Part shown: piece by piece, positions 10,287 through 20,000 of the stretch
Position numbering within the stretch: position 1 is the first letter of the stretch
Layout of the letters: every line of letters starts with the position of its first letter
From: Phyllosticta citribraziliensis
Lineage: Eukaryota
Direction: 5' to 3'
NCBI RefSeq assembly: GCF_038025025.1
Contig: NW_027117341.1
Coordinates: 2,479,642 to 2,499,641, forward strand
DNA length: 20,000 nucleotides
Notes under the pieces: model-generated
Seen by the model: the letters and a program-made list of their open reading frames with translations, nothing else
Databases searched by the model: none
Told to the model about the DNA's origin: nothing
Made by a program: the position numbers and the translations under genes

Positions 10287-13200
10287 GTAAAGTCTCTTAC
10301 TATAGGTCTAAACTTAGAGTAATATATATTAAGGGTTCTTATATAAATCTTAGTTACTTTATTAGAGGTATACCCTTTACTATATAAACCTTAATTATAT
10401 CTAATAGCTGTGCCTTAGAAATTTATACTCTAGCTAATACTAGTACTAGTAGTATAAGTTTTATTTACTTTAAGCTACTACTAACTCTCTAGTCTATAGG
10501 TACTATAAAAAAGAGAATAATAGGTAAAGGGCTTAATATTACTAGATTTAACTAATATATAAATAAGAAAGTTAATTTTTACTTTTATCTTTAACTCTAT
10601 TTCTAAGATTAAATAGTTTCTACTTATACTTTTATTTATAATATTAGCTATAATAATATAATTCTTAAGTAATAGTTTTTTAACTAGTATAATATCCTTT
10701 TAGACTATAAATAATATAAACTAGTCTAGAGATAGCTACTAGTTAACTAGTCTTTTTAGTATCTTTTATAACTACTAAAAATCTCTATATAAAGTAAAGA
10801 ACTATAGAAAGAATACTAAGTAGATATAGACTATAAAAATAAAAAATTTAATAAATACCTTCTTCCTTCTATATAGGTTATTAAGGGAATTAAATTCTAA
10901 ACTTAAAATATATTTAAGCTTTCTATTTATAAAATACAAGTTATACTAATAGAGATCTATACTATTAACCTTATATAAGTCTAAGTAGCTATTAAAGATA
11001 AGGAAACTAAGGAATTACTAGCTTTTAAGCTACTAGCTACTTATAAAGAATTTTAAGATATATTTTTTAAAATAGAGTCTAATAATCTACTACCCTATTA
11101 TATAAGAGTTAATTATAAAATATCTCTTATATATAATAGTCTATTAGAGCTTCTACTTAGTCCTCTCTATAAAATATCTCTAGAGCAGCTTAAGGCTATA
11201 AAAGAGTATATTATTAAAAACCTTTAAAAAGGCTTTATTATAAAGAGCTTTACTACTTATACTTCTCCTATTCTTATAGTAAAAAAGCCTAGTAGGGGAT
11301 AGAGATTCTATATAGACTACTAATAGCTTAATAAATAAACTACTAAGGATTTATACCCCCTCCCTCTTATTATAGAGTTACTTTAGTATATTAGAAAGGG
11401 TAAGATTTATACTAAGCTTAATATTTAATAAGCTTTTTACTATATTTATCTTACTAAGGATTTTAAAGATAAAACTACCTTCTATATAAGATATAGGTTA
11501 TTTAAATACTATATCTTACTATTTAGATTAAGTAATAGACCTATAGCCTTTTAATATTTTATTAACTAGGTTCTCTTTAAGTATTTAGATAATTTTATTA
11601 TAGCTTTTATAGATAATATACTTATTATCTCTAAAAACCCTATAGAGTATAAGGAATAAGTAAAAAAAGTACTAGTAAGACTATAAAAAGTAGGACTATA
11701 GATAGATTTAAAGAAGAGTAAGTTTTTAGTTACTTATATAAAGTTTCTTAAATATATTATTTCTATAGAAGGTATTTAAATAGACCTAGATAAGGTAGAA
11801 CCTATATAAAACTAGCTAATACTAAAAACCCTTAAAGCTCTTTAATCCTTCTTAGGTTTCTATAATTTCTACTAATAATTTCTCCCTAACTATAGATAAA
11901 TTAGCTAGCTATTAAAGAAACTATACTTTAAGGTAAAATAGTAATAACTAGGACCCTTAAAAGAAGAGGTAATTTAATAACTTAAGAAGCTAATATATAG
12001 TAATATACTTCTAGCTAATTATAACCCTACTCTTAATACTTATATAGAGACTAATATAAGTAATAGAGTTACTACTAGTATTTTAATATAGCTCTAGTAA
12101 TCTTTATATAATTAGAAACTAGTAGCGTTCTACTCTAAGGTAATAGTAGATATAGAACTTTATTATAAAATTTTAGATAAAGAACTACTAGCTATTAAGA
12201 ATAGACTAGAAGAATAGAGACTAATACTTATTAGCCTTAAAAAACCTTTTTTTATAATTATAGACTATTAGGTATTAGAGTACTACTCTACTAAATAATA
12301 ACTTAATTAATAATAAGCTAGATAGTTTAAGTTTTTTATAGAGTTCTATATATAATTCTCCTATTAACTAGAAAAGGAAAATATTATTACTAATTATCTT
12401 ACTTAAAAATAAGAAGACCTAAAGACTTAAAAAGAAAAAATAAGGGCTATATAAGAGATATATCTTATCTTATTAAAGACTATTATTCTTCTTTCTATTT
12501 TAAAATAAGAACTTCCTCCTCTAGTATTATTTTTAAATAAACTCTTCTATATAAACTAAGAAGATTTTAAATTAAAACTTTAAAAATAAAAAGCCCTCTT
12601 AAAGGACCTTAAATAAAGAAATAGTTAGGAACTAAAAAATAGTCTTTTACTATAATATAGTATACTCTTTATACTAGATTATAATAACCTCTATATAAAA
12701 ATACTTAATACTTTATATACTATCTATATAACTACCTATTCTAGTATTATAAAGATATAAAAACTCCTTAAGTAATATTATTATTAGCTAGCTATAAATT
12801 ATATAATTAATATTTATAGGTAAGGATACTATATTTACTACTAAATAAAGGAGTTTTATAATAAAGACCTAGGCCTTTTATAACTACTAGAGATTCCTAC
12901 TTAACCCTAGTAATACTTAGCTATAGATTTTAAAGAGATACCTAAGAACTAAAAAGGCTATAATATAATCCTAGTTATTATAAACTAGTTAAGTTAAAGA
13001 ACCTTTAGCTTACCTTATATAAAGAAGATTAATATTAAAGGAGTCTCTAGGCTTTTTTATAAATATATCTATTATATTTATAGAAACCCTAAGTCTATTC
13101 TATTTAACTAAGGCCCTTAGTTTATCTTAGTATTTATAAATAAACTATATAAGCTAACTAGTATAGAGTAGTATTTTAACTTATCCTACTACTTTTAAAC

Positions 13201-14110
13201 TAATAGTATTATAGAGATTATTAATTAGCATCTTATATAAAGATTAAGACCTTTTATTAATTACTTTTAGAATAATTAGTCTAATCTTCTACTATTAATA
13301 GACCTTATATAAGTAATACTTCTTTATAAAGCTACTAGACTTTTACTTTTTAAGATTAAGTTAGGATATTCCCCTTAATTATACTATAACTAGTAATAAA
13401 GAACTAAAACCCCCTAGTAATTAAAGAAAATAGCTTATATAGTAGTATAAATACTATAAAAGAGAAAATAAGAAGCTTTTAAATTTATAAAAAATCTTAT
13501 TCTTAAATCCTAAGAGTATATATACTAATAAGCTAATAAATACTATCACGTACTAGACTTTATAGTTAGAGATTATATCTATATTAAGAAAATAGAATAG
13601 TCTACTAATTAGTTAAACCTTAAATTAGACTTTCTTAATACTAGACCTTTTAAGATTATAGAAATAGAAGGACCCTTCTATATTCTTAATCTTTCCTTAT
13701 ATATAAAGATAGTTAACCTTTTCTATACTAATAGGCTATATAAGGCTAAAATAGAATAGCTTTTTAGTTAGGAATATACTAAACCTAAACCTAAAATTAT
13801 TTAAGATAAGCCTAAGTAGGAAGTAGACTATATTTAAGCTAGTTAAGTCTTATATAAAAAGCTTTAATACTAAGTTAAATAGACTAGATATAACTAAGAT
13901 AACTAGTAGTATAATATAAGTTCTTTTAGTAGTATACTATAGAAAATTAAAGAATTCTACTTATTATACCCTACTATAGTAGGACTACTAAAAAATCTAG
14001 AAAAATAGAAAACTACCTTCCTTTAAGAAGAACCCTAGATTAAAAGAGAAAGTAATAATAAAATAAGTTACTTAGACTTATAGTAAATATTATAAAGATA
14101 TAAAAAGTAG
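10270..14110 (+). pseudogene. pol: Gypsy pol: protease, reverse transcriptase, RNase H, integrase, chromodomain (RIPed)
   Basis: Same frame at every motif checked, -1 relative to gag. De-RIP motifs: ALADTGA (10427), KGFI..S...ASPIL.VKKPGGGWRFCVDYRQLN (11228), LPFGLSNGPA.FQ (~11515), AF(V/I)DD (11603-11617), VETDASD (~12045), DKELLAI, TDHQALEY, GLLQPLEIP.QPWQHLAMDF (12872), SDRGPQF, QTDG..E..NQ, GPFKI, and chromodomain EWEVD.I..SR....LQYQVKW.GY (~13814). Confidence 0.92.
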
Positions 14111-14210
14111 ACTAATTAGTTTACTATCTACTCTTATATAAATACTATTAATTTTAACTCCTACTCTTTAGTCTCTCTTTTTTATTACTTATTCTTTATT
14201 ATTTCTTTCT

Positions 14211-15800
14211 TTACTTCTTTCCTTTTCCCTTCTTCTTATTATAACTATTATTATATAAGATAGTCTCTTCTAGATCTTTTAGCTTATTAAGTAGGATATT
14301 CTACTTAGCTAAAGCCTAATTAGTTTAATCCTCTACCTTAGCTTAATAGTATAAGTTTTAAAACTTCTCTATATAAATTTTATCTTTATACCTCTTATAA
14401 TAAGTAGGCAGCTTAGTACTTTTTAAGTTACTAATAGTATAGTCTAAGTTACCTATACCTTAAAGGTAGTTAGTATAGCGGCCCTATAAGAAACTAGATA
14501 AGTAGTAATAACTAATAAATATATAAGTATTAGTATTATTATAATACTTAGTATAGCTAATAGGGTTATTAATTCTAGTATACTAGATAAGAAAAGTATT
14601 ATATAAGCTAGCTTAAGTTTTAACTAATAAGTAGTTAAATTACTAAGTAGAAACTATAATATATAAGTAAGATATACTATTACTTAAGGCTAAGATATAT
14701 TTAGTATGCTCTTATACTTTAAAACTACTAAGGCGCACCTATATAGTTAGTTAGATAAGAATCCCTTATATTAGTAAGATAAACTTACTTATATAATACT
14801 CTCTATATTTTTATAAGGAATATAAAGCGTCGACTTAAAGTTCTACTTAATAGGCGCCTTATTAGAGCTAACTAGTAACGCCGTAATATAAATCTTACTA
14901 TTACTACTATTATATAAAGTAGTAGGTAGTAAGTACTTAGCTACTAGAACCTAATAAGCTATAGGATTATAATAATAGTATATATAAGTAGGCTCTTTAC
15001 CTTCTTCCTCTAAAATAGGCTATATAATAGTAAACTAGTAGTAATATAGTATAATATACTAGTTAGTAGTAGGCTATATAGCTATAGATAATAAACCTTA
15101 TATAATAACTAATAATACTAATTAAGTAGAACCTAATACTATAGTATACTATAGATAAAGTAATAAGCCTATAGCTATTTCTAGCTAAATAAGTAAAGCC
15201 TAGCCTAATTAAGTCTTTATATAAGTATCCTCCTCTATAATTATATTAGTTAGTAAGATAGGATAATAAAGTAGTAAAACCTAGATATATAATACTACTT
15301 ATTAGCCTAGATAATAATTAGTAATAGTCTAAAGAGATAGAATTAAAGTTTACTTATCTTAGAACTCTATATAATAGTCTTTATAGATACTACTAGCTAA
15401 AATAGCTCTCTAAGTAAGCAGCGACTATAATAGATTATAAATAATACTATATAATAATAACTTAATACTATAACTCTTATATAATAGTAATAAGTCCTAA
15501 TAGACTAGACTATAATAAGTAGTAGATATATTAAGTATATAGTAGCTAGAAATATCTACTTTACTATTAGTAGGGTATAAATTATTTAAATTATTAGAAC
15601 CTTTATATATAATAGTTAGTTTACTAGATTATAGCTAAATTAGACTAGGGTAATAATATACTTTAATAAGGAGCTTTAGATATAGCTAAGTAAGATAGTA
15701 ACTTTCTATAGGTTATATAGTAAAAGAAATAGTAATAAAAAAGAGATAGTATAGTAGTAGCCCTAGACTAATAATTATACTTTATAACTATATAGAACGC
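14211..15800 (-). pseudogene. Extra antisense, intron-containing gene inside the Gypsy element (unknown product; 5' limit uncertain)
   Basis: The last exon (14738-14211) ends in a coiled-coil-like stretch and KKKGKGKK*. A 50-nt intron at 14788-14739 has a GTAAGT donor, CTAAC branch and TAG acceptor, and joins two protein-like frames in phase 0. A second branch site and acceptor lie at 15253-15235. Confidence 0.6.
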
Positions 15801-15892
15801 TTAAATTACTAAATTACTACTATTATATATTATAAGTCTATACCTATATAAGCGCCTATAGCTACTAATTCCTATAATTTTAGCTTCTCTTT

Positions 15893-15900
15893 AGGGGGGG
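15893..15900 (+). promoter_or_regulatory. Polypurine tract
   Basis: AGGGGGGG, 2 nt upstream of the 3' LTR start at 15903. Confidence 0.85.
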
Positions 15901-15902
15901 CA

Positions 15903-16325
15903 TATTATAATAGGTATATATATACCTATATAAGTACTAGGGCTAGTATAGATAAACCTAGTATTATATAGTTATAAGAAGTATAAGCCTTACCTTAGAT
16001 AGTAGCCTACTATAGCTTAGGCTAAAACCTATAGGCTAGTACTAGCTACTATAGCCTAGTACTAGCTACTATAGCCCTAAATAGATACTATATAATAGCC
16101 TATTAATACCTTACCTTTATAACTTACCTAATAATAACTAAGGACCCTTATATAAAGGATAAGAAGTAGAATAGTATAAAGAAAGGACTAGAAAATATAT
16201 AAGTAATAAGTATCTTTTATATTTTATTCTTTTAACTTATTAGATTTAATTAAGATATATATATATTCTCTAGTAGTTTACCTTTAGCCCTTACCTATAT
16301 AATAAGAAATCTATAAGTCGTAATA
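15903..16325 (+). repeat. 3' LTR (423 bp)
   Basis: Colinear with 8131-8553 and followed by the ATTTT target duplication. Confidence 0.95.
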
Positions 16326-16405
16326 ATTTTTAAAGTTATATAAATAATAAAAGAGATATATTTTAATCCTTAAATAATATTTTAAACTAGTTTAAAGTAT
16401 TATAA

Positions 16406-16435
16406 TTAGAATTAGAATTAGAATTAAGATTAAGA
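16406..16435 (+). repeat. Five degenerate telomere-like units inside the Penelope 3' region
   Basis: TTAGAA x3 then TTAAGA x2, consistent with G->A-mutated TTAGGG. Confidence 0.6.
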
Positions 16436-16699
16436 TCTTAATCTTTTAAAATAATACTAATAACTATAAATACTTAAAGGAACCTATAGAGGAAACTTCT
16501 TATATAAGTATTTATATAAAGAGATATAGTATAATATAGCTATAAACTAATATAAAGTAATATATATAAAGTATATAACTATAGGAGTATATAGTAAACT
16601 ATAATAAAAAGATTAGCTAAGGAGTTAAATTTTAAACTAATATACTAGCTATAAGTAGTAGCCTCTTTAAGGGGGTAGCTACTATAATTTAAATACTAT

Positions 16700-19578
16700 A
16701 AGCTATAAGAATTAGTAGTATAACTAGGTTTTTTAGTATAGCTCTTAGCTCTACTTAGTATTTCTTATAATCTAAATTTAGTATCTTAATAGAGAATTAT
16801 TAAATTTTTATAGTTATATATATTATATATATTATAACTATACTTAAGGGCTTTAATAAATCTTAAATATTATAAATTAACTAGAAGAGACTCTTAAAAA
16901 GATAATATTATTATAGTTTAAGTATCTTTAAGTTTACTTATATAAATATACTCTTAGGCTAGATTATATTTAAATAGTAAAATTAAGAATTCTTTTTATT
17001 TAAAATAAGTTATTAGGCCGCCTAAAAACTATTAATCTAATAAACTAGATAGGTACTTATAATAGTATAAATTAGCTTAAAAGTATTAGTAATACTATAA
17101 GAATAGTAGGTTATCTAAATAGATTATATATATATAAGTAAGTTTAGCTTTAATAAAAGCTTTCTTTACTAATACTAGATATACTAAAGAGAATAGAATA
17201 TATATATAGTAATTTAACTCTTTTTAAAATACTATTATATAAATATCTTTATTAAGGAAAACTTTAATATTAAAAAAGTATATTTAGTAAGTTAAAAATT
17301 TCTAAATAATCTTAAGCCTTAGTATTTTAAAACTAGCTAGTATAGCTTAATAGTCTTAAATTAACCCTTAGAAGATAAGGAAGATATTATTAATATAATA
17401 ATAATAAAAAATAAGTCTATATCTTTTTAACTTATTATATAAAGGTTCTTTAAAGTATATAGTAAATAAGTTAATAATTACTAGAGTATATACTATCCTT
17501 ATAGTAATACTATTATTCTACTTAAAGGTCTTTTTATTATACTTAAAGTAGTTATTATTTAAAATCTAGTAGAGTAAAATAATAATCCTATTATATAGAT
17601 TTTCTTTAAAATTAGTATATTATAAGAGATTCTCTATAATTAGTTTTATACTAATTACTAGAATATTTATATATATAGTAGTAATATTACTAGTAACTAG
17701 AATATATTTTATATAAAAATCTACTATCTTTAGATCCTAAATAAATAACTTTATTCTATTAAGGACTATAAGAAACTAATAAAGATTTTTTTAAAAAAAA
17801 TAATTAATAATTTCTAATATATAAGAAATAATCTAGCTATAACTTAAAATAATAGGCCTCTTCTTTTAAGGTATCTTATATACCTTTAGAATAATATAGA
17901 ACCTTAATAGATTAGTAGTTATAGTATAAAGATATTTTATAATTAGTTTTATCTATTTAAAACTAAGAAGTTATTAATATCTCTTAATAAATTTAAAAGG
18001 ATTAATACTAGTTACTAGCTTATATAACTAAGTATTAATAAGTAGTAGATTATATTATTCTATATACTAATCTTAAAAAAAAATAGTAAGATCTAGATTT
18101 TTATTAGTAATCTTAATAAGGTAATTCTTCTTAGTTAAGAACTACTATAGTATATAAAGCTATAAGTTAAATATATAGGATTAATTAAGAAGAGCTACTA
18201 CTTATAAAAGTAGTATAGCTTCTACTTTATTAATTATTTATTTAATCTTATATATTATAGGTAGTAGATTTTATAGAGACTTAATATAAAACTTTAAATT
18301 AAAATTAGTATTTTTATTATTATAAAAGAACTATTAGATTCTAATTATATACCTTAATTATTTTATTACTTAAGGTAGGAGGGAGTTATTCTTTTAAATA
18401 TAAAGAATAAATTTTTTATTTAGTAATAATTATTATTTTATCTCTAAAGGAAGAGATATTTTAAGAGTAAAGAAGTAATTATTTTAATATAATAAAATAA
18501 AATTTATAAAGTCTAGTAAGAAGTAGAGTAAATTAAAGTATATATATATATATAAATTTAAATTAAAAAATTTTAAGGGATAAGAGAGTATATCTCTTAA
18601 ATTAAAATACTTATTAATAGTATCTTTTAATTAAATTAGCTTAACTATTATTTCTTCTTTCTATTTAGCCTTTCTTTTTTATAAGTAACTAGTAGCTACT
18701 AGTACTTTACTACTTTAATTAGTTTAGAATAGCTATTTAACTTTAGTTAACCTTATAGTAGAAATAAATAATAAGTAGACTATAAAGTAGTTATATAATA
18801 TACTTTTCTAGGTTCTTAGAGTCTTTTTATTATATACTATAAGAGTATATTAAACTACTTACTTAATTTATTAAGAGATATTATTAATAATAGTATTAGA
18901 TATCTATATATCTATATCTTTTTTAAGCTTAAGCTTAGATATTTTTAATACTAGGTTATACTAGTATTTAGTAAATCTAATAGCTATAGCTTTATAATAA
19001 AGCTTAAGACTATTAGTTTATATATAGTTTAGTTTATTAATATAAAATAATATATATATTATTTTACCCTTTTAATTAATATTTAATATAAATATAGACT
19101 TAAAGAGCCTATAGATATCTTCTACTTTTTTAATTATAAAGTTTTTAAGTCTTATAAATAAGATTATCTTTAATAAGAACTTATACTTTTTCTATTTTAA
19201 CTAGATAGAAGCTTCTAATATAGAGTATTATATTATATAAACTATATAATTTAAAGTAAAATACTATTTTTATTATTAGCTTATATCTTTAAATTCCTTT
19301 ATTATTTATATAATTAGTAATTTTAGGGATCCTAATAAGACTAAGAAAAAGATACTATTAATAAAGTATCTTTTAAAACTTAATAGGGTTATCTAGATAT
19401 AAGAGGCTTTAACTATAATATTAAAGAACTTATAATATAGGGTTATAAAGTAGTATATAAAAGTCTTTAGTATAATTTAATAGAGCTTATTAATTATTAC
19501 TATACTAGTAAGGTTCTAGATATATATATTAAGGTTAACTATAGTAATAGGACTAGTAAGAGTAATTAAAGTAGGTAT
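16700..19578 (-). pseudogene. Penelope-like ORF: N-terminal coiled-coil-like region plus reverse transcriptase, ~950 codons in one frame (C-terminal limit approximate)
   Basis: De-RIP translation in a single frame: probable start MPTS (19578), H..NGT.P....GSLK.P..Q..KEF, KKDADVQM, LSLN.KFIPH, KFHVKS.WNPPP, TDKNLGLAV....WY (DKNLG at 18105-18091), PRFHVIPKVHK.PWKGRPI.PSHSWIT (~17905-17825), LVTGDVTAMYTNIP (17700-17659), Q..GIAMGTACAP.IANLF (17520-17464), RYIDDIFLIF (YIDD at 17397-17386), FLDI, YMYIPFSSAHP..VKKAFIKAEL.R...ICS, NL.RRGYP, LPSEYNP.WEY. No GIY-YIG domain seen. Confidence 0.9.
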
Positions 19579-19599
19579 AATTTAATAAGTAGGTTAGAA

Positions 19600-19886
19600 T
19601 TATAGTTAAGAAATAAATCTTAAAAGTAATTTATTAAGTAAATAAAGAGATTAAAAGTCTTACTACTTATATATAAATAGTTTTACTTTAAAGCTCTTTA
19701 GGGACTTAATATAGTAAAATCTCTTTATAAAGAGCTAGTTATAAAAAGTATTCTAGTAATTAAGGTTATTATTAAGTAAAGACTTATATAACTTATTAGT
19801 TAGTTTCTTATTTATAATAGATAAATAAGTAGAATATATTAAGTACTAGGTTAGAAGTATTATCTCTACTTATATAAAAAAAGAGG
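19600..19886 (-). repeat. Penelope pseudo-LTR, terminal copy, truncated and capped by the telomere
   Basis: Matches 7826-8112, is preceded by the telomere-like linker AGGTTAGAA (19591-19599), and runs directly into TTAGGG repeats. Confidence 0.92.
19655..19707 (-). ncRNA. Type-I hammerhead ribozyme relic, terminal copy (RIP-mutated)
   Basis: Minus strand reads AAGTCC-CTAAAGA-GCTTTAAAGT-AAAA-CTATTTATATATAAGTAG-TA-AGACTT. Combining both copies gives GAGTCC CTGAAGA GCY-TTAA-GGY GAAA CTACTT-N6-AAGTAG TA GGACTC. Confidence 0.72.
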
Positions 19887-20000
19887 GTTAGGGTTAGGGT
19901 TAGGGTTAGGGTTAGGGTTAGGGTTAGGGTTAGGGTTAGGGTTAGGGTTAGGGTTAGGGTTAGGGTTAGGGTTAGGGTTAGGGTTAGGGTTAGGGTTGGG
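19884..20000 (+). repeat. Telomere (TTAGGG)n, chromosome end
   Basis: AGGG, then 18 perfect TTAGGG units (19888-19995), then a final TTGGG at the end of the window. Confidence 0.99.

Larger units (their letters stand above)
8131..16325 (+). mobile_element. Full-length Ty3/Gypsy LTR retrotransposon (chromovirus), 8195 bp, RIP-inactivated
   Basis: Two 423-bp LTRs, 5-bp target site duplication ATTTT (8126-8130 and 16326-16330), polypurine tract, gag zinc knuckle, and PR-RT-RH-IN-chromodomain order. Confidence 0.95.
7826..19886 (-). mobile_element. Telomere-associated Penelope-like retroelement (Coprina/Athena type, no endonuclease seen), RIP-inactivated, interrupted by the Gypsy element at 8131-16325
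   Basis: Penelope RT motifs on the minus strand at ~16800-18450. The 3' end abuts the fossil telomere and the 5' side faces the chromosome end. The 3' end is duplicated upstream of the ORF (7826-8112 matches 19600-19886). Short telomere-like repeats occur at internal junctions. Confidence 0.88.
5455..19887. other. AT-rich, RIP-mutated subtelomeric block
   Basis: Abrupt switch from GC-rich to very AT-rich DNA at ~5455. CA/TG and CG dinucleotides are almost absent and TA is greatly enriched. The paired LTRs and the paired Penelope 3' ends differ essentially by C/T and G/A transitions. Confidence 0.95.

Noticed and set aside
16331..19590. MoTeR-like LINE or telomere-linked RecQ helicase as the identity of the terminal element
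   Set aside because: The motifs are Penelope-type (DKNLG, PKVHK/RPI, GIAMG, SSAHP). No helicase motifs or restriction-like endonuclease motif were seen.
19785..19830. Second hammerhead suggested by CTAATAAG and a 9-bp hairpin on the minus strand
   Set aside because: The GAAA and stems are not in a valid hammerhead order; only a simple hairpin is supported.
7826..19886. Treating 7826-8112 and 19600-19886 as LTRs of a second LTR retrotransposon
   Set aside because: No TG...CA termini, target duplication, PPT or integrase. The copies are bounded by telomere repeats and enclose a Penelope RT.
19996..20000. Variant terminal repeat TTGGG
   Set aside because: A single variant at the very end of the sequence, most likely a consensus error.

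Overview
Right-hand end of a fungal chromosome, very likely an ascomycete given the RIP-type mutation pattern. Bases 1-~5455 are GC-rich, with one credible ~564-aa hypothetical gene on the minus strand plus some gene-like debris. From ~5455 the DNA is extremely AT-rich and RIP-mutated (CpA/TpG nearly absent, TpA abundant), which is why the ORF track is empty there. Reversing RIP by eye (T->C, A->G) resolves these layers in order: (1) ~161-bp subtelomeric tandem repeats; (2) a fossil telomere of 19 mutated TTAGGG units (7712-7825); (3) a Penelope-like (Coprina/Athena-type) retroelement with no visible endonuclease, attached to that old end on the minus strand, with its ~290-bp 3' end duplicated next to the present telomere and a type-I hammerhead ribozyme relic in each copy; (4) an 8.2-kb Ty3/Gypsy chromovirus inserted in the Penelope 3' region (423-bp LTRs, ATTTT target duplication, self-priming-type PBS), carrying an unexpected spliced antisense gene between pol and the 3' LTR; (5) the current unmutated (TTAGGG)n telomere at 19884-20000. 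All protein and RNA motifs in the AT-rich part are manual de-RIP reconstructions, not database hits.
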